The position numbers and the translations under genes were made by a program. Below the pieces are notes generated by a model. It was given only the letters and a program-made list of their open reading frames with translations. It was not told where the DNA came from and ran no database searches. A stretch of 64,000 nt of DNA from the NCBI GenBank assembly GCA_965285935.1, contig OZ260666.1, positions 45,322,001 to 45,386,000 of the forward strand, read 5' to 3'. Shown one piece after another: positions 11,198 to 24,475 of this stretch (positions are counted from its first letter, which is position 1; each line of letters begins with the position of its first letter). This DNA is from Ophelia neglecta. Lineage: Eukaryota.

Positions 11198-13725
11198 GTA
11201 AGTCATTACACTTGTAATACCCAGTACATATATTATTGAATACCGTACTGGTAAGTATAAATGGTACATCTTTCATTAACATGTGTGTCAAATGGACTGA
11301 TGGCAGTCACCTGGAAGGCATAAAGTGCTGGTGCCTGAGTCCTGACCAAGGAATTACATTATACAATAATATCATATATGTTTGGTTTATTCACACCTGG
11401 AGGCAGGCTCAACATCATATCATCACTCCAAAAAGAACAGTGTGACCACAGCATTGTGGTGGCATGTTTTGAATACACTGTTTATGATGGTTCCTGAACT
11501 TTGTTCATTTATATTCTATTATAGTTTTAATAACTTTGTTGCCCGAAGAAGTATTCAGAAAGCAGACTTACTGTGTTTGTTTTTTTTTATAAATGAAATG
11601 AATCCTTTTTGTTGGAAGATATGAAACCAAGCAACAGCCAAAATCCAATGACAATTAATGCTAATTATAAGTGATTATCAAAATTATTATTGACATAATT
11701 AGAGGGTAACAAGGACCAAGACCCTAACATCCCACTTCCCTTTACAGAACTAGCTCCGGACATCCCATTGAGTTGATTGACTTCTTCTATTCAGAGGGGG
11801 TGGATGTGGGTTTACATGTACATCTACCCCCACCCAACACCCCTCTGAGTGAAGGCATATAGCCCTCTGCTCCCCCCCCCCCTCCCCCTCTGACAGAGAC
11901 CCCCATCTCACACCCCTATCATGATTGTAAGCAGACCTCCCTTTTCCAAGCTTGCTAGGACAGGGGCTGCATACCCCATTGAGTTACATTTGAACATTCT
12001 TAGGAGGGTCTAAAACATTATATTGAGATTTAACAAAAGAATTCAGTGACTCATCTGTATTTTTGCAAGTATGGCATAGGCTCCTATAGGGTCAGAGCAG
12101 ATTTGCCAGTGAATTCCATATCCTATCCTAAACATGTGTAGTTGCTATTTATATCAGTCCAATAATTCAACTATATTTTATTTTATTTCAACTAAATAGT
12201 TCCCTTCTGTCTATGCATAATCACTCCTATGCCCCTTAAGTTCACTGATAAGACCCACACCAGTACCTACACAATCAAATCAATGAAGATATACAAAATA
12301 CAAGTCCTTGTCTATTGACATACATCTCATACACTACATGAAAATGAAATTTTGTTCTCCATACATACCAATAAATTCAGATGGCAATGCCACCTTGGAA
12401 AGTTTGGAGATAAACTATACATTTTATGTTTTCATGTTCAGCATCTTTCCACAGTTGATTTTCAACTGATTACATTGTCAACATTGCTATATATCAAACC
12501 TTTGAAGCATGGTAGGGCTGTCAGACTTTCAATTTATATCGTATCATAACAGGGGAAAGTTAACAGAGTTAGTAGGAGCCCATGTTGTTTTGATAGGCTG
12601 TTTTTGAATTTTAGTCTTTTTGATTTAGCTTTCACATAAGTTTGATATGTTTTATTTCTTTTCGAAAGAAATGCCTGTACTAGATTTAGAACCTGCTGTG
12701 TGTTTGGACCATAAATCCTTTCAATTAGTTTTGTAAAAACCCCACTTCCTTTGTTTAAGGCATGTATTGATCATGCTAATTTTACTGGTGCAATGGCATG
12801 ATATATAGGATGTGTCTCTTGCAATTTTGTGGGATAGAAGAGGTTGACTTAAATGTTAGGAATATTTAACTAGAATCAGACTGTCCTTGGCATTTATTTC
12901 ACGGGGCAGCTTGAATATATATTTCTTCACATCTTTCTCGCTGTCAGCAGAGCATAAATTCAATTTTCTTCCAGATCAATCAAGATACATCTGGCAGAAT
13001 GCTTCCAGTTTTCGAGACACCCAAGAAGAGAAACTCTATTCTCCTTATCGTAACTTTCATCTGCCGTGAAATGCCCATTACTCTCTGGTTGATTGAGCGT
13101 AGCCTCCCCATGAAATTACCATGTGGACTGTATTAGTTAAGGCGACTGACTTCGGGATGAATGACAGGGAACAGAGAGAACACTGGGTTTTAATAGAATA
13201 ATTCAGGAACATTGTAATGTCTGTTCAATTAAAGATAGAGCCTGGGAGATAGGGGGAAATGGATCGGTTTACTGACAGCTCTCATACTTCACATTGTGAT
13301 TAGATTACTGTGTGCTCCCTGTGGTGTGAATTCTTAACAATTTGTTATGGCTCACCATCACATGCTGATGATAAGTACTTGATGCAAAAAGTATGTTAAT
13401 TTATGTGGTTATAAGCTTATAATAACATTGAGTCAGATTTTGTAAGGAGAGAGGGCTTTGATTCAAAATTTGTAATCCCTTTAAAAACTACCAAAAAGAA
13501 AACTCCATAGTTAGATTGCCTCAAAGTATTTATTCATAAGAAATACCAAATAATTTTCTTTGATTTTTTTGCCCCCTCTGTCTCATCCCTCCCCCCCTCA
13601 TATTGATTTATGTGTCAAAGCTTTAAACAAAACAGGGATTGCTGAATATTCTTTTTGACTGATAGAGGACCTATCAGAACTATTTTTTTTAAATGTTCTA
13701 CCCTATTAATATTGTAAAGTGCATT

Positions 13726-13780
13726 ATATATATATTATGTATATGTATATGTACATGTATATAAATATATATATATATAT
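13726..13780. repeat. (TA)n/(TATG)n low-complexity microsatellite
   Basis: Imperfect TA/TATG iterations are directly visible. Confidence 0.8.
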
Positions 13781-15213
13781 GGGAACTAAGCTTTGTCATT
13801 TAAGCTAGAAAGACTTCATCCACCCCAGTTATGAATATGTATATGTGTGTGTAAAAAGGAATAAAACTTTGGAAATTGTCCTTCAGCTAGCCTACTGCAC
13901 TTGTTCAAAGTCATTTTATATTGTGAATTGGCCTAGCAAATCCCCTTTATATATGTACATTTGATTGAGGCTGACTTCAATGAACTTTGGCCACCCATGA
14001 TTTCATGTAAATCTCTTATTACATAGCCTTCATTTCCATTATATTTGTCAATTGAATGTTGTAAAATTCCATTGAGGAAAGAAAATATGTGAAACGTTCC
14101 ATGCTGATTTGTCAAACATGCTTCCTGAAAGCTGATGCTTTCAATTTGTTCTTAAACATATATTTACTAGGACCAGACATCTGTAGGACTGTATATTTTC
14201 CCATGTCTATGATTGAAAATTGGATGTTACATTGCTGTATTGAAATTCTTAAGAATCTCCACCATGAATTGCAAATTTCTGTGTACTAATTTGGTAAGTA
14301 AATATTTCCTAATCAAATATACATTTGTACATGTCAGTAGATATGAGGTTTGATTACAGGCATCCAATAATAATCAGCAGATTTACTTCCGCCAATTTGG
14401 CCTCAGGTGGCACTGCTGGTCACTTTTACTGTCATTAATTACTTTAATTACAATCCTTACCAATAGTTAAAGAATGGGAAGAGGGCAAGTCATTTAGGAG
14501 TGGCAAAGGACTTGTTTCACTAGATGTCATAACCAAGGAGGGAGGGGGACAATGGTTGATCATCTAATGATCCTAATGGTGTATGTTGCTAACTTTATGA
14601 TGGGCCATTAACACCACAAGGGAGTTTACAAGTAGCAAGCCCCCAAGTGTAATGTCATTGAACAAAGGCTCATCTCCCAAGGCACAGGACAGCACAGTCA
14701 AATCTGATGACAGTATTAACCCCCCTGCTGCCAAAGTCATTGTGCTTCACTTTCTTCATCTCTCATCTGGGCCTAAGGGGGTTTCACACAAAGTTAATAG
14801 GAACTTTACCACTTTTCCCCACAAACCCATTATTTTGCATGCATGGGTGAGTTTTTGCAATAGAAACTTCATTTTTCTTGTAATGGCCGAAGACAGTAAT
14901 TATAAAACTTGCTGGTTGTGTGATCAGATTTCCTTCCATGTGATCCTCGCACATGTCACCATTTAACCACAGTTTCTCGCTTTGACGATTTTAAAGTTTC
15001 TCTTCCCTGTGATTGGTGAATCTTGCTACAGGCTAAAAATCACAAATATTCATCAGTTTTGATTGTTTGTTGGTCTTTGGTGGATGGTAAGAGAAAAGCT
15101 GGCAGTGACAACAGGAGCTAGAAAGGGCTGTTTTGACCAACCCATTGGAATTGGATCTATTAAACTTTATTTAACTATACTAGTAAAAAGAGAGGCTTAT
15201 TTTACTTGCAATC

Positions 15214-15340
15214 ATGAATATGCAAACACATGAAGAGCCTGGCACTGCTGATATCATAGGAAAAGTGGATCAGTCAAATGCCAAAACAGCTAAAGGTGGT
15301 GGAAAAGCAGCCCCAAAGCGCAGAGGAAGGAAACGAAAAG
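15214..15340 (+). CDS. First coding exon, isoform A, of an unidentified large gene (partial): MNMQTHEEPGTADIIGKVDQSNAKTAKGGGKAAPKRRGRKRK; probable nuclear protein
   Basis: ATG has A at -3 and in-frame TAG TAA upstream at 15181. The exon encodes 42 codons +1 nt and ends at donor AAG|GTACGT (phase 1). It carries a basic NLS/AT-hook-like PKRRGRKRK motif. A possible acceptor TCTTGCTACAG ends at 15031. Confidence 0.6.
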
Positions 15341-15417
15341 GTACGTCTGCAAAGCTGAATTTCCATTGCTTTGGATAAAGACCCAATGGAAAGATATATA
15401 CGTCATAGTGCTGTGGC

Positions 15418-15425
15418 TGACGTCA
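15418..15425. promoter_or_regulatory. Full palindromic CRE (CREB/ATF site)
   Basis: TGACGTCA lies 78 nt downstream of the coding exon, with its CpG retained in CpG-poor surroundings. Confidence 0.3.
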
Positions 15426-17910
15426 ACATTTCTTGTGCTTATGATAATATAGCAAGAAATGCAATCCTTACCATGATGGTTGTATTAAATGAGCTAGAAG
15501 ATATGTAGACAGACATGTACTTTACTTACAAATTGGCACTAATCAATCTTTTAAAACAAATTTCAAGATGGAGGCCCTAAACTTGCCTCTGGAAATGTCA
15601 ATGAATATCTTCCCTCTCAGCATTAGAGAAAATTCCAAAGTTTTCCATTTCTATGAGTTGTTCATGTTATTATTTACATGTAAACATGCATAATCAGGAA
15701 GGTCAGTTTTGATATTTCTTACAATTTCAGTAAGAAAATGCCATTGAAATCTCTTATAAGAGAAATGGTGTAACTAACAGTGAATCCCTATGTGTTGCAT
15801 TGTTTATGACAATCATTCATCTGGTAGTTATTGTGATGGGCTTATTGAATGCCCATTATAGGCTTAAATAAGTTAATATGCTGTGCTTTTAGATATTATT
15901 ATGCTTAATTCTTAGGAAATTCATCATTGACAATTTTATTTTTTTAATTTTATTCAGAGTTGGTATTTGGTTGCAGATCATTACATTCTAACATGAGATT
16001 TGTTAATACTCCTTTACTTGGGAAAAGACTGTAAGTGTAAATAACCTTGAAATGGTCATTAGTTTGCTAATTAAGTATTAGGTCAAATAAATTGAATCCT
16101 GTCAAATTAGAAGCCTGAAGGAGTCAGATAATATATTCTTTATTTGTAAACTAAGATAACCAAGTTTACCAGAGCTATGTGCATGGTTATGCTCATCTTT
16201 TGTTTCCAGTAAACCAACTGACAAGCTAGTGTGCTGCTTAATTGAAGGATACAGCTAATCCTAGTATATCCGGAACTAAATAAGTGCAAATATATTTATT
16301 TTGGTTATAGTGAAACTTATTGAGGTTTCTGATTTACAATAAAGACCTTATTGTAAAATTATAAATTTTCGTTGTGTGGTTTAAAGAAAGAATTCTTCTA
16401 GGTTCTTTCTCTGTCTAAATTGTTCTGTGTATACACTTTGTGGCTTTGTCATAAGATTTGACCTCCCCCCTCGCATCCTTTTTGGTCTCTCTCGTACACC
16501 AGAGAAGTAGAGTTCAAATCTTATTTACAAAAGCTGATTTCTCAAAGCTTTTCCAAGAAAATTTTGGTTGAGTTAACTAACCCACCTCTCCAGGACACTT
16601 AACCACCTTCCACCTCCTCTTTTCTACCTATGATTTTTAAGGTAGCTATATGTAAGCCAACTATAAGAAAATGTAGGTGGCATTTAATATTCGGCATGGA
16701 CCTTAATTTTTTTACTTTCTCCACAATTTCTCAGCAGGACAATTTATTGTAATCTTTTTTCTTGTTTGAAATGCAATATAAGGAAAAGCTGATAACTTCA
16801 TTTAACATCGAGGTTTTGGAAAATTGACGCACATTGAAACTAGTTTTGAATGTTCGGGTAAAAAGAAGATTGCATGAATGTAACAGGCAATTAATTGTTT
16901 TATGCATCATTTTTCTTTGAATAAAGTCATGTAACCCTCAAATATAAGCATTCAAATAAATGAATCCAATTTGGGAGCATGTCTCTGTTTCAATCATTAA
17001 CTGGTGTATGTGATTGAAATGTTGCTACAGTAAGGATTACAATGGTCATAAGCTTTAAATCTTCTTAAAACATCTAGGGTTTTTTGTGGCCATTTTGGTG
17101 GAAACAGGTAAAATGCTGGCTTTGTGCTGTTACCTTTCTGACATGTCAGTGAGAAATTCACTTGTTTTGACTTTCTGCCCTGTTTTTAGAATTCACCTCG
17201 ATAAATGTAGTAGTTAACAAATAAGCAGGTGTATTTAACAACTAGTCATTTGTGAGCACACTGTTTTTATTTCTGAGACATTACTTCGACAAATAAGCAG
17301 CTATGTTTCTTCCTTTGTATGCGATGTGTCTGAGGTGCGCTATGCAGAAAGATCGTACTGATAGCGTCAACTTTACACGAATCTAATATTACCCTTCACA
17401 GATCGCGGAGGATCCTCCCAATGATAAACAATAGGCAAACCTGTAACCAACACCTGGGTGCCATGAAGTACGTTCCTCAGCAGTCAAATCTTCTCTTAAA
17501 GGCTAGCCATTTTGTCAAAATGGGAGAGACCGATAACCGTTTATTTTCATAAGCATCATCTAAAGGCATGAAGCATTTCCTTTGACTGACTTGTCAGTGT
17601 TTTGACAAGTAATTTTGACTCCTTTGAAGTGTGAATATATAATGATGCATATCTTTGCAGGTGTCAAAAGGTAGATTTTGTTCAGAAGCTCTGCTCAGAC
17701 AAAGGGTTACACACACAACCATTCTTTAGTTAATTATCAGTATGCCATACATAGTTTTTTTACTTATTGTAACACATTATATCTCATGTATTTCATTTCC
17801 TTTTCCTACGACCACAAAAAATTCTAAGACAAAAGTAAGACTATAAATTAAAGTTATAGAGTTTGATACAATCTTACTGATAGAAAGATATCGTAGTGAG
17901 ATGTTGCATG

Positions 17911-17991
17911 TTTGAAATTGATATGAACTTGCACACATTTGAAATTGATATGAACTTGCACACATTTGAAATTGATATGAACTTGCATACA
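17911..17991. repeat. 27-bp tandem repeat x3
   Basis: TTTGAAATTGATATGAACTTGCACACA is repeated three times, near-perfectly. Confidence 0.95.
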
Positions 17992-19431
17992 TGGAACCCT
18001 GTTTGATTTATAAGAACAAATAAGATACCAAATAGACTTACTACTTGAAGATTATATTCTTTTTTATCAGATTTAATTCTGATTCAGTTAAGAGGACTTA
18101 TTTAGCAGTGAGTCTGGGTCAATCAGATTGTCCAGAGTTGAGTTATTTGATGCCTCATGGGTGCCTGATGACCCTTGATGAGGTCACTGTCTGGCAAGGG
18201 GGAAAGGTCATGAAATATTGACCAACTTGTCAACTCTTTTACACATCAAGGGAAAATATGAGAGCCATAAAATGAATTGGCTAATCTGTTTCACTGCATT
18301 CCTGAGGTCAAAAATTTGTATTACTATTACTAGTATTAAATATTTAAGATTGGAACTGTGAAATATTGGTGGCATGCAGTGCTGTCATTCAACATCTAGC
18401 ATTGTTTTGAAATTTGAAACACGTTGCCAGGCATATTGGTAGAATGTAAAAAAAAATACAGACCTAACAGTTGGATGACATTGTGGTCTAAGAAGTTAAA
18501 AGTTTCATTTTGACCATTTGATATTCCTCCAATCATAGGTCACTGCAATCGCCAAGTGGCAGGTTTGTCTTGAACTTGAAATAACCCATTTCTAGTTCAG
18601 CAAAATCATACTGATAGGCTGCACAGTTCTGAGAATGTCATTGGAATAAAATCAAAATTTCCTGTGAATAAAATAGAGGATAAAAATCTTAAAGGCTAGA
18701 AACTTCCTATAGGGGCTTGGTATCTCCAGCCAAGGCAAATCTATCGTATTTTAGGAAACTCACCCATTCCATCTAAATAAAAGTTGATCACAAAATGTTA
18801 AAAGTAGCTTTTCACCCAAGCATTTCTTTTGTAAATGGTGTTATAAGAGTTTCCCAAACTTTGCAGGAGCAGGGTTTCTTGGACAACACTTCTCATTTCA
18901 AGTACAAGGTACTGTCCACTCAGATCAGTTCATGGATTAATAAACTAGCTAGGTGACTGCTTACACAATGGGCTCCTGTGGATTTACTTCAAAAAGTACT
19001 TTGAACATATACTTTGGTTTCACATTAAACCTTTGCAGTTCCTATTTAAAGGACCTTTCAATGTTATGAACATTTTAGGGAACTTTCAAATGTACACATA
19101 CTTTTGTACTTTATTTGAGTCTTTCCATTTGGACATATAAAAAGTGATAACACATATTGGTATCACCAGCATCACGAGTAGTTAAAAATTAAATCAGGAC
19201 TCCTGGCAATATGATTAAACTGGATTGGTTTTAAGGTTCCTCACAGTAGTCTTGTTTCCGATAAGTGGCACAGATAACTGCCCAAAGAAAATGATGAAAA
19301 AAGTCAAAGTGTAAAATAAAAATGAATAAAATGCTCCCAGTTGAGTTATTAAACCATGCACTCTGATCATTTTCAATCCAGTATAGACATTAATTTTCCC
19401 AGGTTACCATGACAACTGGTATTCTCATATT

Positions 19432-19612
19432 GAACTAATCAAGATACAATGGCCTAATCTAGACACAATTCAATTGTACCTGGATTATGGCCATTGTGTC
19501 TGGATTAGGGCCATCAATTGTGACAATGATGGGCCCTAATCGAGACACAATAAATGGCCCTAATCCAGACACAAGGGCCCTAATCCAGACATAATTTATG
19601 GCACTAATCCAT
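19432..19612. repeat. Nested direct/inverted repeat of GGCCCTAATCCAGACACAA (foldback/MITE-like remnant)
   Basis: About 8 degenerate copies occur in both orientations, including the hairpin TTGTGTCTGGATTAGGGCC...GGCCCTAATCGAGACACAA (19494-19550). Confidence 0.7.
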
Positions 19613-19693
19613 TAAACTTGAGAATGTTGTTATTCAAAACACTAGATGGTCACTCTTTCTGATATTTGAAATGTGAGCATTAAAGTGAATGTA

Positions 19694-19870
19694 GAGTGGT
19701 CTCTGGAATGTAGGGCCACTCCTAAATACAAGAAAAAGTGGCTCTCCATTGAAGGTGGCCCTCCATCGGAGGTACTTTAACACAGAAAAGATAGTATATG
19801 GGAATTCATAAACTTTCCTGCCATTGCAGGTGGCCTTTCATCATAGGGGCTTTACATCGCAGGGGCCCTG
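19694..19870 (-). mobile_element. Diverged copy of the 23609-23786 MITE family, opposite orientation
   Basis: It aligns end-to-end by eye with the reverse complement of 23609-23786 (shared ATGTAGGGCCA, AAAAGTGG, GGTGGCCCT, ACTTTAACA, GAAAAGATAG, GGGAATTCA, TCCTGCCAT.GCAGGTGGCC). Confidence 0.8.
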
Positions 19871-20633
19871 TGCATGTATGTGAATTAGGCATTATATTGT
19901 AAAAACACAGGCTTTCTTAAATACAATCTAAAAATACATCAAAAAACCATATGCTAAAATAGGTTTTCAAGTAGGCAAAATATAAATGTTACACATTTAA
20001 ACTTACTCTTTATATTCTGTTTAAATGTATGAAATACAGTTGTGTTTGTTGGGACATTGTTGTCACAAATCAAATTTTGAGTTTCTTGCACCACAAGATA
20101 TTGTATGAAAATAAATCTTAATGCTCCATAATTATAAAGATAATTGTGCAGTAATGTATTTGTTCATTCAAGCTTGTATTATGAGCGCTTCCTCTGCATT
20201 TATTGTCAAAGTTTAACTTGTAATTAAATGTTGCAATTCTTTTTTTTACAAGGTCTAAAGGGTATTTGTAACCATAAATTGTTGTGCATACTGACAATTT
20301 AATGCAGGGCCACCTATATGGTTGGCTGTAGCAGATGAAAATGTACAATTATTTCAGCTTTAAGTAGTACTTTTTTGCCATATTCATACCAATACTGCCA
20401 TCTGGGGGATAAATACCGTAGATTACCCCATCATTTTTTATTATATCATGTTTAAATGGAATTTTGTGGTTAACCTTGTTATAATCAACATTGATGGCAG
20501 TAATGTCAGCTTAATGTGAAAAATGACAGGAATAGAGTTAATAACTCAATGTTAAAACCAGTAAGAACATTTATGTCTATGCAATGGCACACCCTTCAGC
20601 ATAGATATGTCATGAAATCTTACGAGGTGCATA

Positions 20634-20920
20634 TTGTTTCCCTGGAGAAACAAAGCATACCATGCTGTTTAATATTTAAATATGGTGTTTCATTGTTTCC
20701 ATGTTTCCTACAGATTTCTACCAGCAGGACAAGTAGTATGGTTTCCCTGGCGTAACAAAGGATACCATGCATTTTAATGTATTTAAATGGGGTGTTTCTT
20801 TGTTTCCCTGTTCCCCTCAAACTCAAAATGTACATAGTAGACAAGAAATAATACACAAACCTGATGCTTAATAGCTATAATATATAAAACGTCTGTTTCC
20901 TGGGAACAAAATATGCCCCT
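20634..20920. repeat. Degenerate ~105-bp tandem duplication (2 copies plus partial)
   Basis: GTTTCCCTGG..AACAAAG.ATACCATGC..TTTAAT..TTTAAAT..GGTGTTTC.TTGTTTCC occurs at ~20636 and ~20741, with a partial copy at ~20894. Confidence 0.7.
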
Positions 20921-23608
20921 ATATGCACCTCGTAAGATTCCATGCCATATATGCTTCAGCACACTCTTCTCCATCCCCCTAAACCAATTGCCACATCCTT
21001 CCCCACACCTGGGTATAATTCTGGTGGTAGGGATTTCCTAAAAGATACTTTAAAACAGTTCACAAGGAATCATCAGGCTTTAATGCTGCTTGCATTTCTG
21101 TTATTGGCAATAAGTGCAACAACTTTAGTAAATGTTCAATTGTACATATACAATGCATATTGAAAAATATTAAAAGCTATAATCCTATCCTCTTGTTTTA
21201 AAAATAATGGCACCATCCCAAACTGATGGATACATTAGAAGATAAAGTGTGCACCTGAGCCAGATTTATGTGATTTCTCCCAGTGATGGACTTTGCCATA
21301 ATGTTCGCTCTCCTATCATTGCACAGTTGATGATTAACAGAGATGGTGGGCATCAAACTAATGTGAAAATGTGTAATATTCTTGCCATGGTGATGGATAA
21401 GGATTATTTTTAATGTCAGTTACAACTGGGAAAGCAATTTTACGGACAATAGGTGGGTTAATGTAGTGATATTGTCCTGAAGGTACGCATATTTGAAGCC
21501 ACATGTAATTATGAATTAATATTGTTCTTATTTATTCTTATTTTGTGTCATTTATGAAAATTATGAATGATAAAGGTGCATAGCAGTTTAAAGAATGTGA
21601 TATTATGCGAGCAACAATCAGAATAAGGAATTGTGTAGACGATCTCTGGATTCTTGGATATGAGGAAAAAAGTCTCAATTGTTGTTGTTTCCAGTTTATT
21701 TAGATTAATCTATGCAAAGTATCAGTACTTTCCCCCTGATGAGAAAAATTACAATTTGCAAAGACTGTACATTGTATATATAAATATATGATGGCTAAAA
21801 TAAATGTTTGAAGCCAAAATGAAAAAATATGTTTCCTAGCTATTTTCAGCGCCAAGACCTGTAGAAACAGCTTTAGCTATTTTCCTAAGTACGGTGTTTG
21901 TTGTTGGATGGTTTGAGCCATGTCTCCAGATGGGAGATGTTTCTGCCCGTTAGTCTGTGGATCAGGTAGCAGGGCCCACAGTAGTCCTATCTCTTTGATC
22001 TATAGCCAGGCGGGATGCGTGACAAATTGTTCAACTGAAGAGATGGGACCTTACTAATTATTATTCCTTGTTATTAATGGTCGCCATAGGGCGAGACAAC
22101 ACACCTTCCCAGGGCAACAGCTCGCTTTTATGGATCCCTTGGTGTGCAGAACTCGTGTTCGATCCATTGTATTTGTGCAATTTCCCAGAATTATCGTCAA
22201 TTTGTTGGCCTATTATGGCGGCACTTGTGACCGTTTACTCAAATTGAAGATGACATTTGTAAATTTAGCCACTTATCTTTCCGTGGCCGTGATTCCAACC
22301 CAGAGGCTCAGCGGTCGTTTAGGGCTCAAAACGACCCTCCTGCGACTCACTGCGCCAATGCAGAGCCATGTTTTAGGGATGAGCATTAAAAAGCAATTTC
22401 AATCAATTTCAGCTGGGTATCAAAGTGCATGATTGCAACTACATTTAGTTGTGTTGCGCGCCAAAAGGTCGCACCCCAAATAAAATGAGGTTAAACGAAC
22501 ACATCTAATGATCATCAGAGTCTGCTTCGCTTCTGATTCCTTGGTTTGATGTCAGGCAATGGCAAAAACGGCATCAATATGTGTTTTATCTTGTCACAGA
22601 ACTAAAATGAACCGTTTCCTTATGGGAATATATGCGATAGGCAAACCCTTCGGGTAATCTATTGCACTTAGGTGGACATGTATGTGTCTCTTCATGTCTT
22701 CATTATCCCTTGTCTGAAATCACTTAAGCACAATGGCTTCCATCATTAATTCTAAATGGGTACTTTGTTCAAAAATTTGAATTGGAAGCTAGAGATATTG
22801 GGTTCTCCCATTCGCTGGCTTTTTTTCTCTTGCTAACTGCTTGGCTTGATGTTTAGTGATCTAGGGATGTGCTGCTATCTGCTGGTCATATGCAAAGTTA
22901 GGTAGTTTGTGGCTGCAATAGCTTTGCAAGTATTGGAGCCTTTGATCTTCAAATCAATATTCTAATATTTACATAGTATATTTTGAGACAGCCAGAATGA
23001 TGCAAATTTAAACAAACTCAGCTGGCTTGATGTATGAGAAAGATTCTGACATTGAGCAGATCCAATGGTAGACCAGCTTATTTGTAAGCCTGCGCAATCA
23101 TGTAAATTTGCTAGTTTCTACATGCTTGATACATAGTCCAACTGGTGCTTTGCATGGTATAAGTCACTATTAGTTTAGGAAGATAATAGCTAAGGTGCCA
23201 CAAGTAAAGATGCATAATTTCCCAGTATACAGTTTACTAATACATGTATACCATAAATACCATGCACCATGGTCCAACAGTCCCTACCTATGAAGTTATA
23301 CATACCTTTTTATTTTTTAAGGCAATTATTTTCTAATTTCTTTCAAAGCAAATTTCAATAAATTTCAAATTTTCATCTGGTCTGTTGCCTTCAACTAATC
23401 AGCCTTTCTTTCTGTAAAGCCTCATTTGAACTTATTTGAATTTATTTGAATATCCCCTAACCTATTGCAAAAGGAGTCCCTGGTTGCTTTTGTTTATTCA
23501 AAAGCACATATTATCATATTAGTGTTTAAAAGTTCAGGGTGAGTGTCACATAAGGTATAAAATGCCATCTTATAAATTTGTTTGTTAATATTTTCCCTTG
23601 TAGGTGTA

Positions 23609-23786
23609 CAGTGGTCCCTGTGATGTAGGTCCCCTCTGATGAAGGGCCACCTGCGATGGCAGGACAGTTTTTGAATTCCCTTGTCCTATCTTTTCCATGT
23701 TAAAGTGACTCTGATGAAGGGCCACCTGCAATGTAGGGCCACTTTTCCTTGGATTTAGAGTTGGCCCTACATCGCAGGGACCACTG
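23609..23786 (+). mobile_element. Tc1/mariner (pogo/Tigger-like) MITE, 178 bp, intact ends
   Basis: TA|CAGTGGTCCCTGTGATGTAGG ... CCTACATCGCAGGGACCACTG|TA gives a 21-bp TIR (20/21) and a TA duplication. There is an internal direct repeat CTCTGATGAAGGGCCACCTGC. Confidence 0.9.
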
Positions 23787-23869
23787 TATAGGACACACAC
23801 TATGATCCCCCAGCATGCACTGCTTATGTTATCTCTATATACACCAGTTTCCACCCCGGTGAGCTTATA

Positions 23870-24475
23870 GGATAGACACCATGAGGATCCTCCCTGAAAA
23901 GACTGAACACTTGGATCAAGGTCTGGTAAGGAGCATTCCCTGTCTAGGATACCTACCTGGAAACTCTTCTGCATGGAGCCTCCCATGTAATGTCCACACC
24001 TCAGGAGCTCTCTGTAAAAGTATATATGCCAGGAGTCCCCTTGTAAAAGTCCACACAGCAAGATCCCTCCTGTAAAACTCCACACATCATTTGCCCCCCT
24101 CCCCCCTAAAGGCTCAAGATCTGTAGCCCCACCACCCTCCCTCTCTGTGAAGGTCCCAACATCAGGAGACTTCTCTGTTAGGTCCATGCATCAGGAGCCT
24201 CACCTCAAAAGTCCACACATCAAGAGCCCATGCTGAAAAAAGTCCACCCATGAAGAGCCCGCTTGTAAAAGTGAATGCATCAGGAGCCCCCCTGTAAGAG
24301 TCCACACAGCAGGAGCATCCTGTACAGTCCACACATCAGGAGCACCTCTGTAAAATTCATACATCTAGAGCCCCCCTGTAAAAGTCCACATATCAGGAGC
24401 CTGGCCTGTAAATTCCACACATCATGAGGCCCCCTGTAAAAATCCACAATGAAGGAGCCTCACATGTACAGTGTA
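23870..24475. repeat. Degenerate minisatellite, ~27-29-bp unit CATCAGGAGCCCCCTGTAAAAGTCCACA
   Basis: About 20 diverged copies. This array contributes to the spurious 200-aa minus-strand ORF. Confidence 0.85.

Noticed and set aside
23585-24187. 200-aa minus-strand ORF
   Set aside because: It spans a MITE and a degenerate minisatellite and has no recognisable domain.
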